Assembly: GCA_965248575.1 (NCBI GenBank)
Contig: CBDFJQ010000002.1
Coordinates: 1,792,001-1,856,000, forward strand
Length of the DNA stretch: 64,000 nucleotides
Direction: 5' to 3'
Source of the DNA: Planctomycetota bacterium
GTDB taxonomy: Bacteria > Planctomycetota > B15-G4
The position numbers and the translations under genes were made by a program. A model generated the notes under the pieces. It was not told where the DNA came from. It made no database searches and saw nothing but the letters and a program-made list of their open reading frames with translations. Shown piece by piece: positions 50,368 to 60,485 of this stretch. The first letter of the stretch is position 1. The number at the start of each line of letters is the position of its first letter.

Positions 50368-52065
50368 ATGTGCCCGCCCCCCGAGACGCAGTTCGCAGAC
50401 ATGGCCGTGGACGCACCGAGGCTCGAGGAGCTGCGTCAGAAGTTCGAACACATCGCGCGCCAACTCGTGGAGGAAGAGAGCGGCGAACGACGCGCAGCTG
50501 CTGTACGGGAATGGGACGCCTTGCGAGGTGAGGCCTCCACCTGGTTTGCGCTGGCTCACCTGCGCTTCAACCAGGACACGAGCGATGCTGCGGCACGCGC
50601 AGCCCGCGAGGAGGCCGATGCCTTCCTGCCCAGCTACACCGATCTCGAACTCAAGGTGAAGGCAGCCTTGCTGGAAAGCCCGCATCGAACGCAGCTCGAG
50701 CAACAGTTTGCAGCGGGCCATGCCTTTGACCTTTGGGAGCACGACGCCGCCGCCTTCCACACGGACATCGTGGACGACCTCGTGCATGAGCAGCAGCTCA
50801 TCGCCCGCTACGTCGAGCTCCTGGGCGGCGCGAGGGTCAGCTTCGACGGAAAGACCTGCGGTGTCTCGGAGCTCGTGGGCTACCAGGCACACCCCAAGCG
50901 GGACCTTCGACACGCCGCCGCGGCTGCGCTCTGGGGTTGGTTCGGCGAGAACCGTGCAGAGCTCGATGACATCTTCGACCAGCTGGTGGCCCTACGCAGC
51001 GAGATGGCCAAGACCCTGGGGCGCGCCAGCTTCGTGGAGGTGGGCTACGACCGGAAGCGCCGGGTCGATTACGGCCGCAAGGATGTCGAGGCCTTCCGCG
51101 CCCAGGTTCTCGAGGACGTGGTGCCGCTGTGCAAGGAACTCGCGCAGCGACAGGCAAAGGCCCTGGACATCGACAGCTTGCGAGCCTGGGACGAGAAGGT
51201 GCACCGCCCCCAGGGCGCGCCCATCCCCCGGGGCGATGCCGCATGGATGACCGCCCGGGCACAGGAGATGTTCGACAACATCCACCCGGAGCTGGCCGAC
51301 TTCTACCGGCTCATGGTGCGCAACGACCTGCTTGACCTGGAGTCCCGAGAAGGCAAGGCGTTCGGGGGCTTCTGCACCTGGTTCCCGAAGTACGGCATGC
51401 CCTATGTGTTTGCCAACTTCAACGGGACGCCGGGCGACGCCCGGGTCTTCACCCACGAGATCGGCCACGCCTTCCAACGGTACAAGAGCCGCAACAACTC
51501 CCTGCTGGACTATGTCGGCTGCACCTCGGAGTCGGCGGAAGTGCACTCCATGAGCCTGGAGTTCCTGTGTTGGCCTGAGATGGAGCGTTTCTTCGGGGAG
51601 GACGCCGACGACTTCAGGTCCCAGCACCTGGCAGAGCAGCTCATGTTCCTGCCGTACGGCGTGGCGGTGGATCACTTCCAGCACAGGCTGTACGAAGAAC
51701 CACAAGCGACACCGGCCGAACGCCACGCCATGTGGAAGGAGCTGGAAACGCTGTACGTCCCGTGGCGGAACTACGGGGACCTTTCCCACCCCAAGCAGGG
51801 TGGATACTGGCAGTACCAACGGCACGTCTACGCCTACCCGTTCTACTACATCGACTACACCCTCGCGGCGACCTGCGCGCTGCAGCTCTGGAGCCGCGCC
51901 CGCGCCGACCGCCAGGGTGCCTTGAAGGCCTACGTGGAGCTGTGTGCCACAGGCGGCGCAAAGCCCTTCCGCAAGCTCGTGGACTCCGTTGGCCTCACCT
52001 CGCCCTTCGAGCCAGGCTGCCTCGCGGGTGTCGTCAGCGATGCGCGCAGCGTCTTGGGTCTCTGA
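50368..52065 (+). CDS. M3-family oligoendopeptidase
   Basis: GK..GGFCT, FANFNGT, HEIGH zinc motif, E..SMS.E, DHFQH, PFYYIDY. Confidence 0.92.
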   Translation: MCPPPETQFADMAVDAPRLEELRQKFEHIARQLVEEESGERRAAAVREWDALRGEASTWFALAHLRFNQDTSDAAARAAREEADAFLPSYTDLELKVKAALLESPHRTQLEQQFAAGHAFDLWEHDAAAFHTDIVDDLVHEQQLIARYVELLGGARVSFDGKTCGVSELVGYQAHPKRDLRHAAAAALWGWFGENRAELDDIFDQLVALRSEMAKTLGRASFVEVGYDRKRRVDYGRKDVEAFRAQVLEDVVPLCKELAQRQAKALDIDSLRAWDEKVHRPQGAPIPRGDAAWMTARAQEMFDNIHPELADFYRLMVRNDLLDLESREGKAFGGFCTWFPKYGMPYVFANFNGTPGDARVFTHEIGHAFQRYKSRNNSLLDYVGCTSESAEVHSMSLEFLCWPEMERFFGEDADDFRSQHLAEQLMFLPYGVAVDHFQHRLYEEPQATPAERHAMWKELETLYVPWRNYGDLSHPKQGGYWQYQRHVYAYPFYYIDYTLAATCALQLWSRARADRQGALKAYVELCATGGAKPFRKLVDSVGLTSPFEPGCLAGVVSDARSVLGL

Positions 52066-52104
52066 CGGCCCGTTTTGTCGAGGCTCTGATAATCTGTGCG
52101 CCCC

Positions 52105-55100
52105 ATGACGACTCTCCGCGCACGCACGACACTCCGACCATCCCCCGCTCTCTCTTCACGCCCTCTCGTGCTGCTCGCTCTCCTGCTCGGAAGCCTCATC
52201 CAGGGGCCCAGCGCAGTGGCGCAGGCGCTCAGCGCGGAAAGCGTGCATGCCCTGGCGCTCCCCGCTGGGCGGCCAGAGTCCTTCGTCGTCGAGCTGTTGC
52301 TTCATGGACAAGCCCAGACCCTGCTGCTGGAGCGGCACTCCCTGCGCGGGCCGGGCTTCCGCGTCAAGGCCTGGAGCCCGCGCGGGATGCAGCTCGTCGA
52401 CCCAGCGCCTTCCGGCACCTATCGCGGACAGGTGCTGCAGTCACCCGGCAGCACCGTGTTGGCTAGTCTCACGGAGCAGGGGCTCTCGGCGCTCATTCTC
52501 GGGGCGGACGGCCGTCAACTCCAGCTGCGCCCGCTGGCTGCCGAAATCCCCGGCACGCCCCGCGAGTTGCACGCCCTCGATCATCTGGGTGACGGGCTCG
52601 GCAACGGCACGCCCAACGACTTCCTGTGCGCCTCGGACATCCTCGAATCGCCAGCTGCCCTACCCCCGGCGGGCAGCGGCGGCCCGGCCCCCAACGAGCA
52701 GCTCACCTTCGGCCAGGTCCCAGGGGCCGGCGCTGCGAACGCCCCCCAGCTGGGGGGCGCCCAACCTTCCGGCGCACGGGCAAAAACCAAGGGCAAACCA
52801 AGCGCTGGCCCACCCCTCTCCTGCGTCACGATCTGCGAACTCGCCTTCGACTGCGACTTCGAGTACTTCCAGGCCAAGGGCTCTGACATCGCCTCCGTGC
52901 TGGACAGCGTCGAAGCCCACATGAACCAGGTGGACTGGTACTACGCCCGCGACACCAAGATCACCTACCACATCCCAGAAGTCGTCGTCCGCACTGCCCC
53001 TTTCTACGCACCCGTCAGCGGCGGTGACCTCCTCAACCAGTTCCGCGACGAGTGGAACACCAATCAGACAGGCGTCAAGCGGGACATCGCCCAACTACTG
53101 ACGGGCAAACCGGGAAGCCTGATCGAGTTCGGCGGCTTGGCCTTCGTGGGCGTCATGTGCAGTTCCTCCGGCTACGGCTGGAGCATGGACAACACCAACG
53201 CCTTGGGGCATGAGATCGGCCACAACTGGGGCTCGAGCCACTGCCACGACGCCAGCCCCTGCAACAACATGTGCGGCGGCTGCTTCTACATCGCGCCCAA
53301 CACCAAGGACATCATCACGGCGACCCGCGACAGCGCCCCGTGCCTGCAGACGTTGGGCCATTACGTCACGCCGCTTCCGCCCTACGCGCATCCGGAGTCC
53401 CTCAGTGTCCGCAAGGACGAGCTGTCGAGCTTGGGACCCGTGGCCTTCGACGTGCTTGCCAATGATCACGACGTGAACTGCCAAGAGCTCAGCCTGGAGA
53501 GCTTCTCCAGCGCGGGAAGCCAGGGCGGGGCCCTCAGTCTCTCGGCAGGCACGGGACCCCAGGGTCGTGACGAGCTCATCTACCAAGCGCCTAGCGCTCC
53601 TTTCCTCGGGGACGACGCCTTCACCTATGTGGTGCGTGACTCGGGGGGTAAGTCTGCCCAGGGCAGCGTCCGAGTCAGCTCACGCCCCAACGTGTTGGCG
53701 GGCCAATGGAAGCTGGACGAAGCGAACGGCACGCTCGCTTCGGACTCCACCACCATGGGCCACGACGGCACCACCAGCGGCGGGCCGCTCTGGACTGCGG
53801 GCCAGATTGACGGTGCCCTCCTGTTCGATGGGTTAGACGATGCCGTCACCCTGCCCGCGCTGAATCTCGCCACCGACCAGCTGAGCATCACCGCCTGGAT
53901 GCGACGCAGCGGCGCCCAAGCGGCCTTCGCCGGCGTGGTCTTCCAACGGGCTGGCAGCACCGTGGCCGGGCTCAACTTCGGCACCAACAACGAACTCCGC
54001 TACCACTGGGACGGTGCAGCCCAGTCGTACAATTGGAACTCGGGCCTGGTCGTCCCCAACGCCACATGGGTCTTCGTGGCCCTCGTGGTGGAAGCACACC
54101 AGGCCACGATCTACCTGCACGACGGTGTGCTGCAAAGCGCGGTGAACGCCGTGCCCCATGTCGTCGAGGCCTTCGATGGCAGCCTGGCGCTGGGCCTCGA
54201 CCCCGGCTCCAACATCCGCGACTACCGGGGCCTGCTGGACGATGTGCGCATCTATGACCATGCCCTCGACCCGACGGCCGTCCTGGACGTCTACCAGCAT
54301 GGCGGGCGCGCCGAATCGCCGTCTCCCCCTGACGGCGGGAAGATGGCCGAGCCGGCCTGGGGCCTGAGCTGGCTGGCTGGGACCTTCGCCGACAGTCACG
54401 ACCTCTACCTCGGCACCGACTTCCTCGCCGTGCGCGACGCCACGCCCAGCGACGCCCCTTTCCAAGGCACCTTCGTCAGCACCGGGTACGTCCCGGCAGG
54501 GCTCGTGCCCGACACCACCCACTACTGGCGCGTCGACGAACGCATCGGCCCGGTCGTGCTGCCCGGGGAGGTGTGGCAGTTCCGCCCCGCCAAGCGCTTC
54601 CGCTGGGCCCTGGACGAGAGCTCCGGAACAGCGGCTGCCGAATCCATCGTCAACCAGGACGGTGTGTACTTCGGCAACCCGCAGCTGGGGCTGCCGGGGG
54701 CCAGCGCGCTGCTCGGATCCTCCGTGACCCTGGACGGTGTCAACGACCGCATGCGGGCCGACCCGCTCCAACTCAACACCAACACGGTCAGCATGACGGC
54801 CTGGGTCCGACGCGACGGTCTCCAACCCCAGTGGGCGCCCTTCATGTTCCAGCGCGGCGGCACCACCGCCGCCGGCCTGGGTCTGGGGTTCGGCAACGAG
54901 CTGCGATACCACTGGGACGGTGGCCAATGGCCCTGGGACTCCGGGCTGGAGCTGCCGGGTGGAGTCTGGACCTTTGTAGCCCTGAGCGTGGGCCCGAACC
55001 AGGCCACCATCGCCATGAGTGAAGGCGGTGTGCTGAAGTTCGCCACCCAGTCCGCGAGCCATGCGCCTGAGGCCTTCGACTCCGGCTTCGAGGTGGGCCG

Positions 55101-55215
55101 CGACCCTGGCTTCAGCGCCCGCTGGCTGCGGGGCGGTGTCGACGACGTGCGCGTCTATGCGGCCGAGCTGAGCCAGGCAGATCTCGAACGCCTGTACACC
55201 GAGACGCGGGATTGA
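52105..55215 (+). CDS. Exported M12/reprolysin-like zinc metalloprotease with an Ig-like and two LamG domains
   Basis: Signal peptide, pro-region, HEIGHNWGSSH (HExxHxxGxxH), DVLAND..D.FTY.V.D, WKLDE..G/LDDVRIYD twice. Confidence 0.88.
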   Translation: MTTLRARTTLRPSPALSSRPLVLLALLLGSLIQGPSAVAQALSAESVHALALPAGRPESFVVELLLHGQAQTLLLERHSLRGPGFRVKAWSPRGMQLVDPAPSGTYRGQVLQSPGSTVLASLTEQGLSALILGADGRQLQLRPLAAEIPGTPRELHALDHLGDGLGNGTPNDFLCASDILESPAALPPAGSGGPAPNEQLTFGQVPGAGAANAPQLGGAQPSGARAKTKGKPSAGPPLSCVTICELAFDCDFEYFQAKGSDIASVLDSVEAHMNQVDWYYARDTKITYHIPEVVVRTAPFYAPVSGGDLLNQFRDEWNTNQTGVKRDIAQLLTGKPGSLIEFGGLAFVGVMCSSSGYGWSMDNTNALGHEIGHNWGSSHCHDASPCNNMCGGCFYIAPNTKDIITATRDSAPCLQTLGHYVTPLPPYAHPESLSVRKDELSSLGPVAFDVLANDHDVNCQELSLESFSSAGSQGGALSLSAGTGPQGRDELIYQAPSAPFLGDDAFTYVVRDSGGKSAQGSVRVSSRPNVLAGQWKLDEANGTLASDSTTMGHDGTTSGGPLWTAGQIDGALLFDGLDDAVTLPALNLATDQLSITAWMRRSGAQAAFAGVVFQRAGSTVAGLNFGTNNELRYHWDGAAQSYNWNSGLVVPNATWVFVALVVEAHQATIYLHDGVLQSAVNAVPHVVEAFDGSLALGLDPGSNIRDYRGLLDDVRIYDHALDPTAVLDVYQHGGRAESPSPPDGGKMAEPAWGLSWLAGTFADSHDLYLGTDFLAVRDATPSDAPFQGTFVSTGYVPAGLVPDTTHYWRVDERIGPVVLPGEVWQFRPAKRFRWALDESSGTAAAESIVNQDGVYFGNPQLGLPGASALLGSSVTLDGVNDRMRADPLQLNTNTVSMTAWVRRDGLQPQWAPFMFQRGGTTAAGLGLGFGNELRYHWDGGQWPWDSGLELPGGVWTFVALSVGPNQATIAMSEGGVLKFATQSASHAPEAFDSGFEVGRDPGFSARWLRGGVDDVRVYAAELSQADLERLYTETRD

Positions 55216-56324
55216 ACTCCAGTCAGCGCAGCGCAGCCTCCGACCTGCCGGCCGAGGGGCGGCTGCACTGCCTCGATGCCCTGCGCGGCTTCGACATGAT
55301 CTGGATCGTCGGCGGACGGGAAGTTGTCGATGCCTGGGCGGAAGCCACTGGCGCGCCCGCACTCCAGACCCTCGCGGGCCAGCTGCGGCACGTGGAGTGG
55401 CATGGCTTCAGCGCCTGGGACCTCGTGTTCCCGCTCTTCTTGTTCATCGCTGGCGTGGCCATGCCTTTCAGCCTCGCGCGGCGGGTCGAGCGAGGCGACC
55501 TGCGAGCATTGCTGGCCCGGCATGTCGTGCGGCGCGGCCTGGTCCTTGTGGCCTTGGGCGTGCTCTACAACATCCGCGAGGACTCGCTCGAGAACCATCG
55601 CTTCGCCAGCGTGTTGGGACGCATCGGCCTGGGCTACCTCGGGGCGGGCCTGATCGTCGTGCGCTGGCGAGTGCGCGGGCAGCTGGCCTGGGCAATCGGC
55701 ATCCTGCTCGCCTATGCCGCAGCGTTGAGCTGGGTCCCCGTCCCGGGCCACGGTGCGGGGGACCTCGCTCCGGGCAACAATCTCACGGATTGGGTCGACC
55801 AACAGCTGCTCCCGGGCCGCCTGCATCGCGGCAATCGGGACCCCGAGGGTCTGCTCGGCGCTCTCCCGGCAGTGTCAACAGCGTTGCTCGGCGCCCTGAC
55901 GGGTGCTTGGCTGCGAGGACGCGCTCGGGACACGGCCAGCAGCCTCGGCCTTGGGCTCGCGGGTCTGGCTTGCCTCGGTCTCGGTGCGGCCTGGGCCGAG
56001 GTGCTGCCTCTCAACAAGAACCTCTGGACCAGTTCATTCGTGCTCTGGACAGCCGGCTGGAGCCTGATCGCCCTGGCTGTGTTCCATCAACTCGTGGATG
56101 TTTGGCGACAGGGCCGGCTCGTGTTTCCGCTCACCGTGATCGGCATGAACGCCATCACCATCTACCTGGCAGAACATTGGCTCCCGCTCGGCTCGTGGTT
56201 CGAAGCGTGGTTCCCGCAGACCTACAAGGGAGCGCCACTCGTCACCCTGTTGGGCCTGGGGCTCGCCGCCCATTGGCTGGTGCTGTACGCCCTGTGGAGA
56301 CGCCGCTGGTTCCTGCGGGTCTAG
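55212..56324 (+). CDS. HGSNAT/NagX-like membrane acyltransferase
   Basis: LDALRGF, H..WHG...WDLVFPLFLFI.G, VL.RI, DPEGLL, PLNKNLWTSSF, GMNAI. Confidence 0.88.
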   Translation: MNSSQRSAASDLPAEGRLHCLDALRGFDMIWIVGGREVVDAWAEATGAPALQTLAGQLRHVEWHGFSAWDLVFPLFLFIAGVAMPFSLARRVERGDLRALLARHVVRRGLVLVALGVLYNIREDSLENHRFASVLGRIGLGYLGAGLIVVRWRVRGQLAWAIGILLAYAAALSWVPVPGHGAGDLAPGNNLTDWVDQQLLPGRLHRGNRDPEGLLGALPAVSTALLGALTGAWLRGRARDTASSLGLGLAGLACLGLGAAWAEVLPLNKNLWTSSFVLWTAGWSLIALAVFHQLVDVWRQGRLVFPLTVIGMNAITIYLAEHWLPLGSWFEAWFPQTYKGAPLVTLLGLGLAAHWLVLYALWRRRWFLRV

Positions 56325-56352
56325 TCGGCACGGCGCGCGGCGGGCACGCCCC

Positions 56353-57348
56353 TCAGCCCAAGGCCGACTCCACGGCAGACTCCAGGGCCTTCCAGAAGGC
56401 TTCCAAAGGGAACTCTCTCTGCTTGCGGCTCCAGGCGTTCTCCGCCAGGACGCGACGTGTGGCCTCATCCGTGAGCAGTTGCTCCACGCGACGCGCCATC
56501 TCGTCCTCATCCCGGACGATGTAGCCGGTGTGGCCAGCGACGATCTGCTCCGGGCAGGCGTTGATGATCGACTCGCCATCCGGTTGTAGACCGATGCAGG
56601 GCACACCGTGCGCGGCTGCCTCCAAGAGCGTCAACGAGTAGTGCTCCGAGCGGGACGCCGTCAGGAACACACTCGCCGATCGGAAGCACTCCGCCACGTC
56701 CGCCAGATGCCCCTCGAACTGCACCTCAGCTGCGATGCCGAGTTGGGCGCACTGCAGCTCGAGCTCGGCCCGGCACGGGCCATCCCCGACGACCCGCAGC
56801 GTCCAGGCGCTGCTGGAGAGTCGAGCCACGGCGCGCAGCAGGAAGGCCACGTCCTTGCTCGGGATCAGCCGACCCACCCAGAGCAACTGCGCCGGGCGTG
56901 GCCGCTGGAACTCCGGCCTCGGGCTGTCTTCAAAGGCGCGCGAGACGTAGACCGCCAACAGCGCCTTGGACTTCAGGCACATGTCGTACGTGCGCTCCAG
57001 GAGCGAGAGCGCGGCGGGGGTGAAGCGCAGCACCCGATCACACGCCTCGAGCGCCCAACGCTCCAACGCGGCGTCTGCAGCCAGGGCATCCAAGGGCGCG
57101 TAGAAGAAGCGCTTCGCCAGGTGCTGCACCTCTCGCAAGAGAGCCAGGTCGGAGCCATACACCAGGTCCACCGGGGTCAGCTGCTCTGGGCGAAGACGTT
57201 GCAGTCCTGGGGGGAGCGCTCGCTCGCACTGCCGAGAGACCAGGACGACCTCGTGTCCGTGCAGGAGGAACAGCTCGGCCACGTCCACGATGTAGCGGCT
57301 GCTACCGTCCCACGCGCCGAGCCGATCGTGCACGATCGCGACCCTCAC
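56353..57348 (-). CDS. Glycosyltransferase family 4
   Basis: VGRLIPSK, VGDGP, EHYSLTLLEA (Ex7E), G.TG. Confidence 0.85.
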   Translation of the reverse strand: MRVAIVHDRLGAWDGSSRYIVDVAELFLLHGHEVVLVSRQCERALPPGLQRLRPEQLTPVDLVYGSDLALLREVQHLAKRFFYAPLDALAADAALERWALEACDRVLRFTPAALSLLERTYDMCLKSKALLAVYVSRAFEDSPRPEFQRPRPAQLLWVGRLIPSKDVAFLLRAVARLSSSAWTLRVVGDGPCRAELELQCAQLGIAAEVQFEGHLADVAECFRSASVFLTASRSEHYSLTLLEAAAHGVPCIGLQPDGESIINACPEQIVAGHTGYIVRDEDEMARRVEQLLTDEATRRVLAENAWSRKQREFPLEAFWKALESAVESALG

Positions 57349-57388
57349 GAGTGCCGCCCTGCGCCGCGGGACTGCCCGTCAGTCCCTC

Positions 57389-58435
57389 TCATGTGGCATA
57401 CCGCCCCGGGCCGTCCCGCAGCGGATTGGCAAGGCGATGGTCGATGCAACGGTCGAGACCCGTAGCCAGATCGATCTCGGTCTTCCAGCCCAGCAGGCGC
57501 GCTGCCTGGGCGGGATCGCAGACGAGGCGGTCCACCTCTGATGCTTCGGGCCTCAGGCGCCGCGCGTCGTGCTCCACCCGACCCCGCGCGCCGCCGCAGC
57601 GACCAGACACACGGTCCAGGATCTGCTCCGCCAGGTCCCCCATGCGCACGCCGACCCCGGAGCCGAGATGAATCGTGTGCCCCACCACATCCGACGCGTC
57701 GCACGCAGCCAGGAAGGCCCGGGCCGTATCCTCAACGAACACGAAGTCACGCACGGGGTCCTGTGCTCCCATCTGGACCGCGCCTCCCTGCAGGGCCTGG
57801 GCGACCAACGAAGGGATCACCGCGCGCGCCGATTGGCGTGGTCCATAGGTGTTGAACGGACGCAAGGTCACCACCGGCATGTCGAAGCTGCGGGCGTAGC
57901 TGCTCGCGAGCATGTCCCCGGCCACCTTGCTGGCGGCGTAGGGCGACTGAGCGTTCAGGGGATGCTGTTCATCCATGGGCACCCGTTGTGCGCTGCCATA
58001 GCACTCCGACGTCGACGTGTGAATCACACGCGCTACGTCAAACCGTCGGGCGGCCTCAAGCATGTTCAGGGTGCCCGTGACGTTCGTCTCCACATAGCTC
58101 CTGGGCGCCGCGTAGGAGTACGGAATGCCGATCAAAGCCGCCAGGTGCAAGACCAGCTCCTGTCCTTCTGTGAAACGAACCATGAGCTCTGCGTCACGCA
58201 CGTCACCGGCCACGATCTCGATGGACTCACGCACGTCAGTGGAGAGCGTGTCCAACTGACCGGCGCCGCCGTCGGACCGATAGTGCACCAAGGCGCGCAC
58301 CCGGGCGCCGGCGCGCACCAAGGCCTCCACCACGTGCGAACCGATGAAGCCGCCAGCTCCCGTCACCAGCGCGGGGCGCCCGCGTAAGGGCAAGGCCCCC
58401 GCCTGTTCGTGTTCGATGGGTGCGCCCCCACTCAT
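57389..58435 (-). CDS. NAD-dependent nucleotide-sugar 4,6-dehydratase (LegB-like)
   Basis: TGAGGFIGSH, HLAALIGIPYSY, TSTSE.YG, SPYAASK, RPFNTYGPRQSARAVIP. Confidence 0.9.
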   Translation of the reverse strand: MSGGAPIEHEQAGALPLRGRPALVTGAGGFIGSHVVEALVRAGARVRALVHYRSDGGAGQLDTLSTDVRESIEIVAGDVRDAELMVRFTEGQELVLHLAALIGIPYSYAAPRSYVETNVTGTLNMLEAARRFDVARVIHTSTSECYGSAQRVPMDEQHPLNAQSPYAASKVAGDMLASSYARSFDMPVVTLRPFNTYGPRQSARAVIPSLVAQALQGGAVQMGAQDPVRDFVFVEDTARAFLAACDASDVVGHTIHLGSGVGVRMGDLAEQILDRVSGRCGGARGRVEHDARRLRPEASEVDRLVCDPAQAARLLGWKTEIDLATGLDRCIDHRLANPLRDGPGRYAT

Positions 58436-59685
58436 GGTTTCAGGTCCGCAGCTTGTCCTGGACCTGAAGAGGGAGAAGAAGAAGCTCGCTGCGATGGGCC
58501 ACGGGGCAGCGCCTTGAGGAGCGTCCGGCACACGCGGCGCACCTGCGCGGCCTCGAGGCGTGCGTGAAGCGGCAGGCTGAGCAGACGCGGCGCGAGCCCC
58601 TCGGTGATGGGCAAGCCCGGCAATGGGTCGGCAGGGCCTGGCCTCGCAACGTCCGGCAGCGGTGACCGGTAGGCCGTGAGCTGGTGGATTGGTGGATAGT
58701 GAACGCTGGTCTGGATGCCCGCTCGTGTCAGCGCCTCGCGGACCGCGTCACGCGCACAGGTTTCAGGCAGGAGCACCACCATGAGATGGCAGGCCGATGC
58801 AGCCTCATCTCCTGCGAGCGGAATCTCCAGGGTTGCGCCCAGCTCCTGGGCGTAAAGCCGCCGCAATTCCCGGCGCCGCTCGTTGCCCCGCGCCAGCTTG
58901 CGCAGTTGCACTCGACCCAGGGCCGCCTGCATCTCCGTCAGACGCGCATTCACACCGTGCATCTGGACATCGTCAGCACTCGCTGACAGCTGGGCCTCCG
59001 GCCCATCGTGCGCCCGGGCATGGCTGCTGCGCGGGCGGCCGTGGGATCGAAGCGCGCGGCACATCTCGGCCCACTCCTGCCGCTTGGTGAGCAGCATGCC
59101 TCCCTCCCCCGTGGCCAGGTTCTTGTTGGCGTAGAAGCTGAAGCAGGCGATATCTCCCAGGGCGCCCACCCCAGGCGTCCCCGCTGCATGGGCGGCGTCT
59201 TCGACAAGCGCCAGGCCGTGGCTGTCGGCCAAGGCGCGCAGGGCGCGCATGTCGCACAGGCTCCCGCCATAGTGCACCGGAAGCAGGGCGCGCGTTTTGG
59301 GCCCCAGACGCCGTGCAACATCGGCAGGGTCCAGCAGCGGGTGCGCTCCAGAGCAGACGTCCGCGAACACCGGCTGCGCTCCGCATTGGACAACCGCATT
59401 CGCCGTCGCCACGAAGGTCAAGGACGGCAACACCACCTCATCGCCAGGGCCGACACCTGACGCGCGTAGCGCCAGCACCAAGGCCGCAGAGCCGGACTGA
59501 ACGGCAACAGCCTGCGCTGGCTGCCCCGCTGGCGCCCCCCCTCGCTCGTCGTGAGCCACGGCGAACTCTTGCTCGAAGGCTTCCGTCTCTGGCCCCAGGG
59601 ACAGCCATCGAGAGACAAGCACAGCTTGAACGGCCGCTTCCTCTTCGCCGTCGTAGTCGAGTTCGCTGAGGGGAATGCTCCACAT
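58432..59685 (-). CDS. DegT/DnrJ/EryC1/StrS sugar aminotransferase
   Basis: PSLTFVATAN, VHYGG, EDAAHA, FSFYANKNLATGEGG, SVHYPP, LSLPL. Confidence 0.92.
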   Translation of the reverse strand: MWSIPLSELDYDGEEEAAVQAVLVSRWLSLGPETEAFEQEFAVAHDERGGAPAGQPAQAVAVQSGSAALVLALRASGVGPGDEVVLPSLTFVATANAVVQCGAQPVFADVCSGAHPLLDPADVARRLGPKTRALLPVHYGGSLCDMRALRALADSHGLALVEDAAHAAGTPGVGALGDIACFSFYANKNLATGEGGMLLTKRQEWAEMCRALRSHGRPRSSHARAHDGPEAQLSASADDVQMHGVNARLTEMQAALGRVQLRKLARGNERRRELRRLYAQELGATLEIPLAGDEAASACHLMVVLLPETCARDAVREALTRAGIQTSVHYPPIHQLTAYRSPLPDVARPGPADPLPGLPITEGLAPRLLSLPLHARLEAAQVRRVCRTLLKALPRGPSQRASSSPSSGPGQAADLKP

Positions 59686-59738
59686 GGCCCGTGATCTTAG
59701 CCCCCTGCGACGCCCAGAAGCACGCCGTGCAGCGCTGC

Positions 59739-60485
59739 TCAGGGAGCAGGCTTGCGCAGCAAGACGGCGCGATGCGTCCAGGCAGGCGGCGCCTCGCCAT
59801 CGGCCCCGCTGCTCCCGCCATAGTGCTGCACGATGGCGAGGCTGTCCCAGACCGGCTCCCATTCGGGAAAGAGGGCCTCGGCCCGCAGCGGGTCTCCCCC
59901 CGCGAAGTCCAAGGCATGCAGCCGATCCCAGAAGAACAGATGGCCGCCGGCAGCCAAGGCGAGCTTCATGCGAGCGCACAGCGCTTGCCGGGCGTCGTCC
60001 CCGCGCACGCTCGAAAACACCGTACACGCAGACATCCAGTTGACAGCAACCGGCGGCAGCTCCCACGAGAGCCCACTGCTTGAATCTGCCCCCTCCGCAG
60101 AACCCGCCATGAAGAAGCGGATGTTTGGGTGCAGTTGCCGTGCCCGATCAAGGGCCCCGGCCCGGAGATCCACCCCGCACAGCTGCTCCGGCCGCAGACC
60201 CAACTCGAGATACATGCGCGTCGAGCGCCCATTGCCACAACCCACGTCCAGGACGCGGAGCGACTCCAGGGCGGCTTGCTGTTCCTGCGGATCGCCCTGT
60301 CCTGCCGACACACCTAGCGCGTGGCGCATGGCTCCCGCCAGGCGTCGCAGGAGTTCGATGCGATGTTCCAACTCCGCCTCGCGAAGCAGCGGATTCCAGG
60401 TATCGCTGCTTCCCGGCTCCAGGGCCTCGTAGTCATCGAGCACCTGCTGAAACCGTCGCAGCGGGTCTTCGCCTGTCCTGCTCAT
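59739..60485 (-). CDS. Class I SAM-dependent methyltransferase
   Basis: VLDVGCGNG, GVDL, TVFSS, L..GG; ATGA overlap with the upstream gene. Confidence 0.8.
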   Translation of the reverse strand: MSRTGEDPLRRFQQVLDDYEALEPGSSDTWNPLLREAELEHRIELLRRLAGAMRHALGVSAGQGDPQEQQAALESLRVLDVGCGNGRSTRMYLELGLRPEQLCGVDLRAGALDRARQLHPNIRFFMAGSAEGADSSSGLSWELPPVAVNWMSACTVFSSVRGDDARQALCARMKLALAAGGHLFFWDRLHALDFAGGDPLRAEALFPEWEPVWDSLAIVQHYGGSSGADGEAPPAWTHRAVLLRKPAP

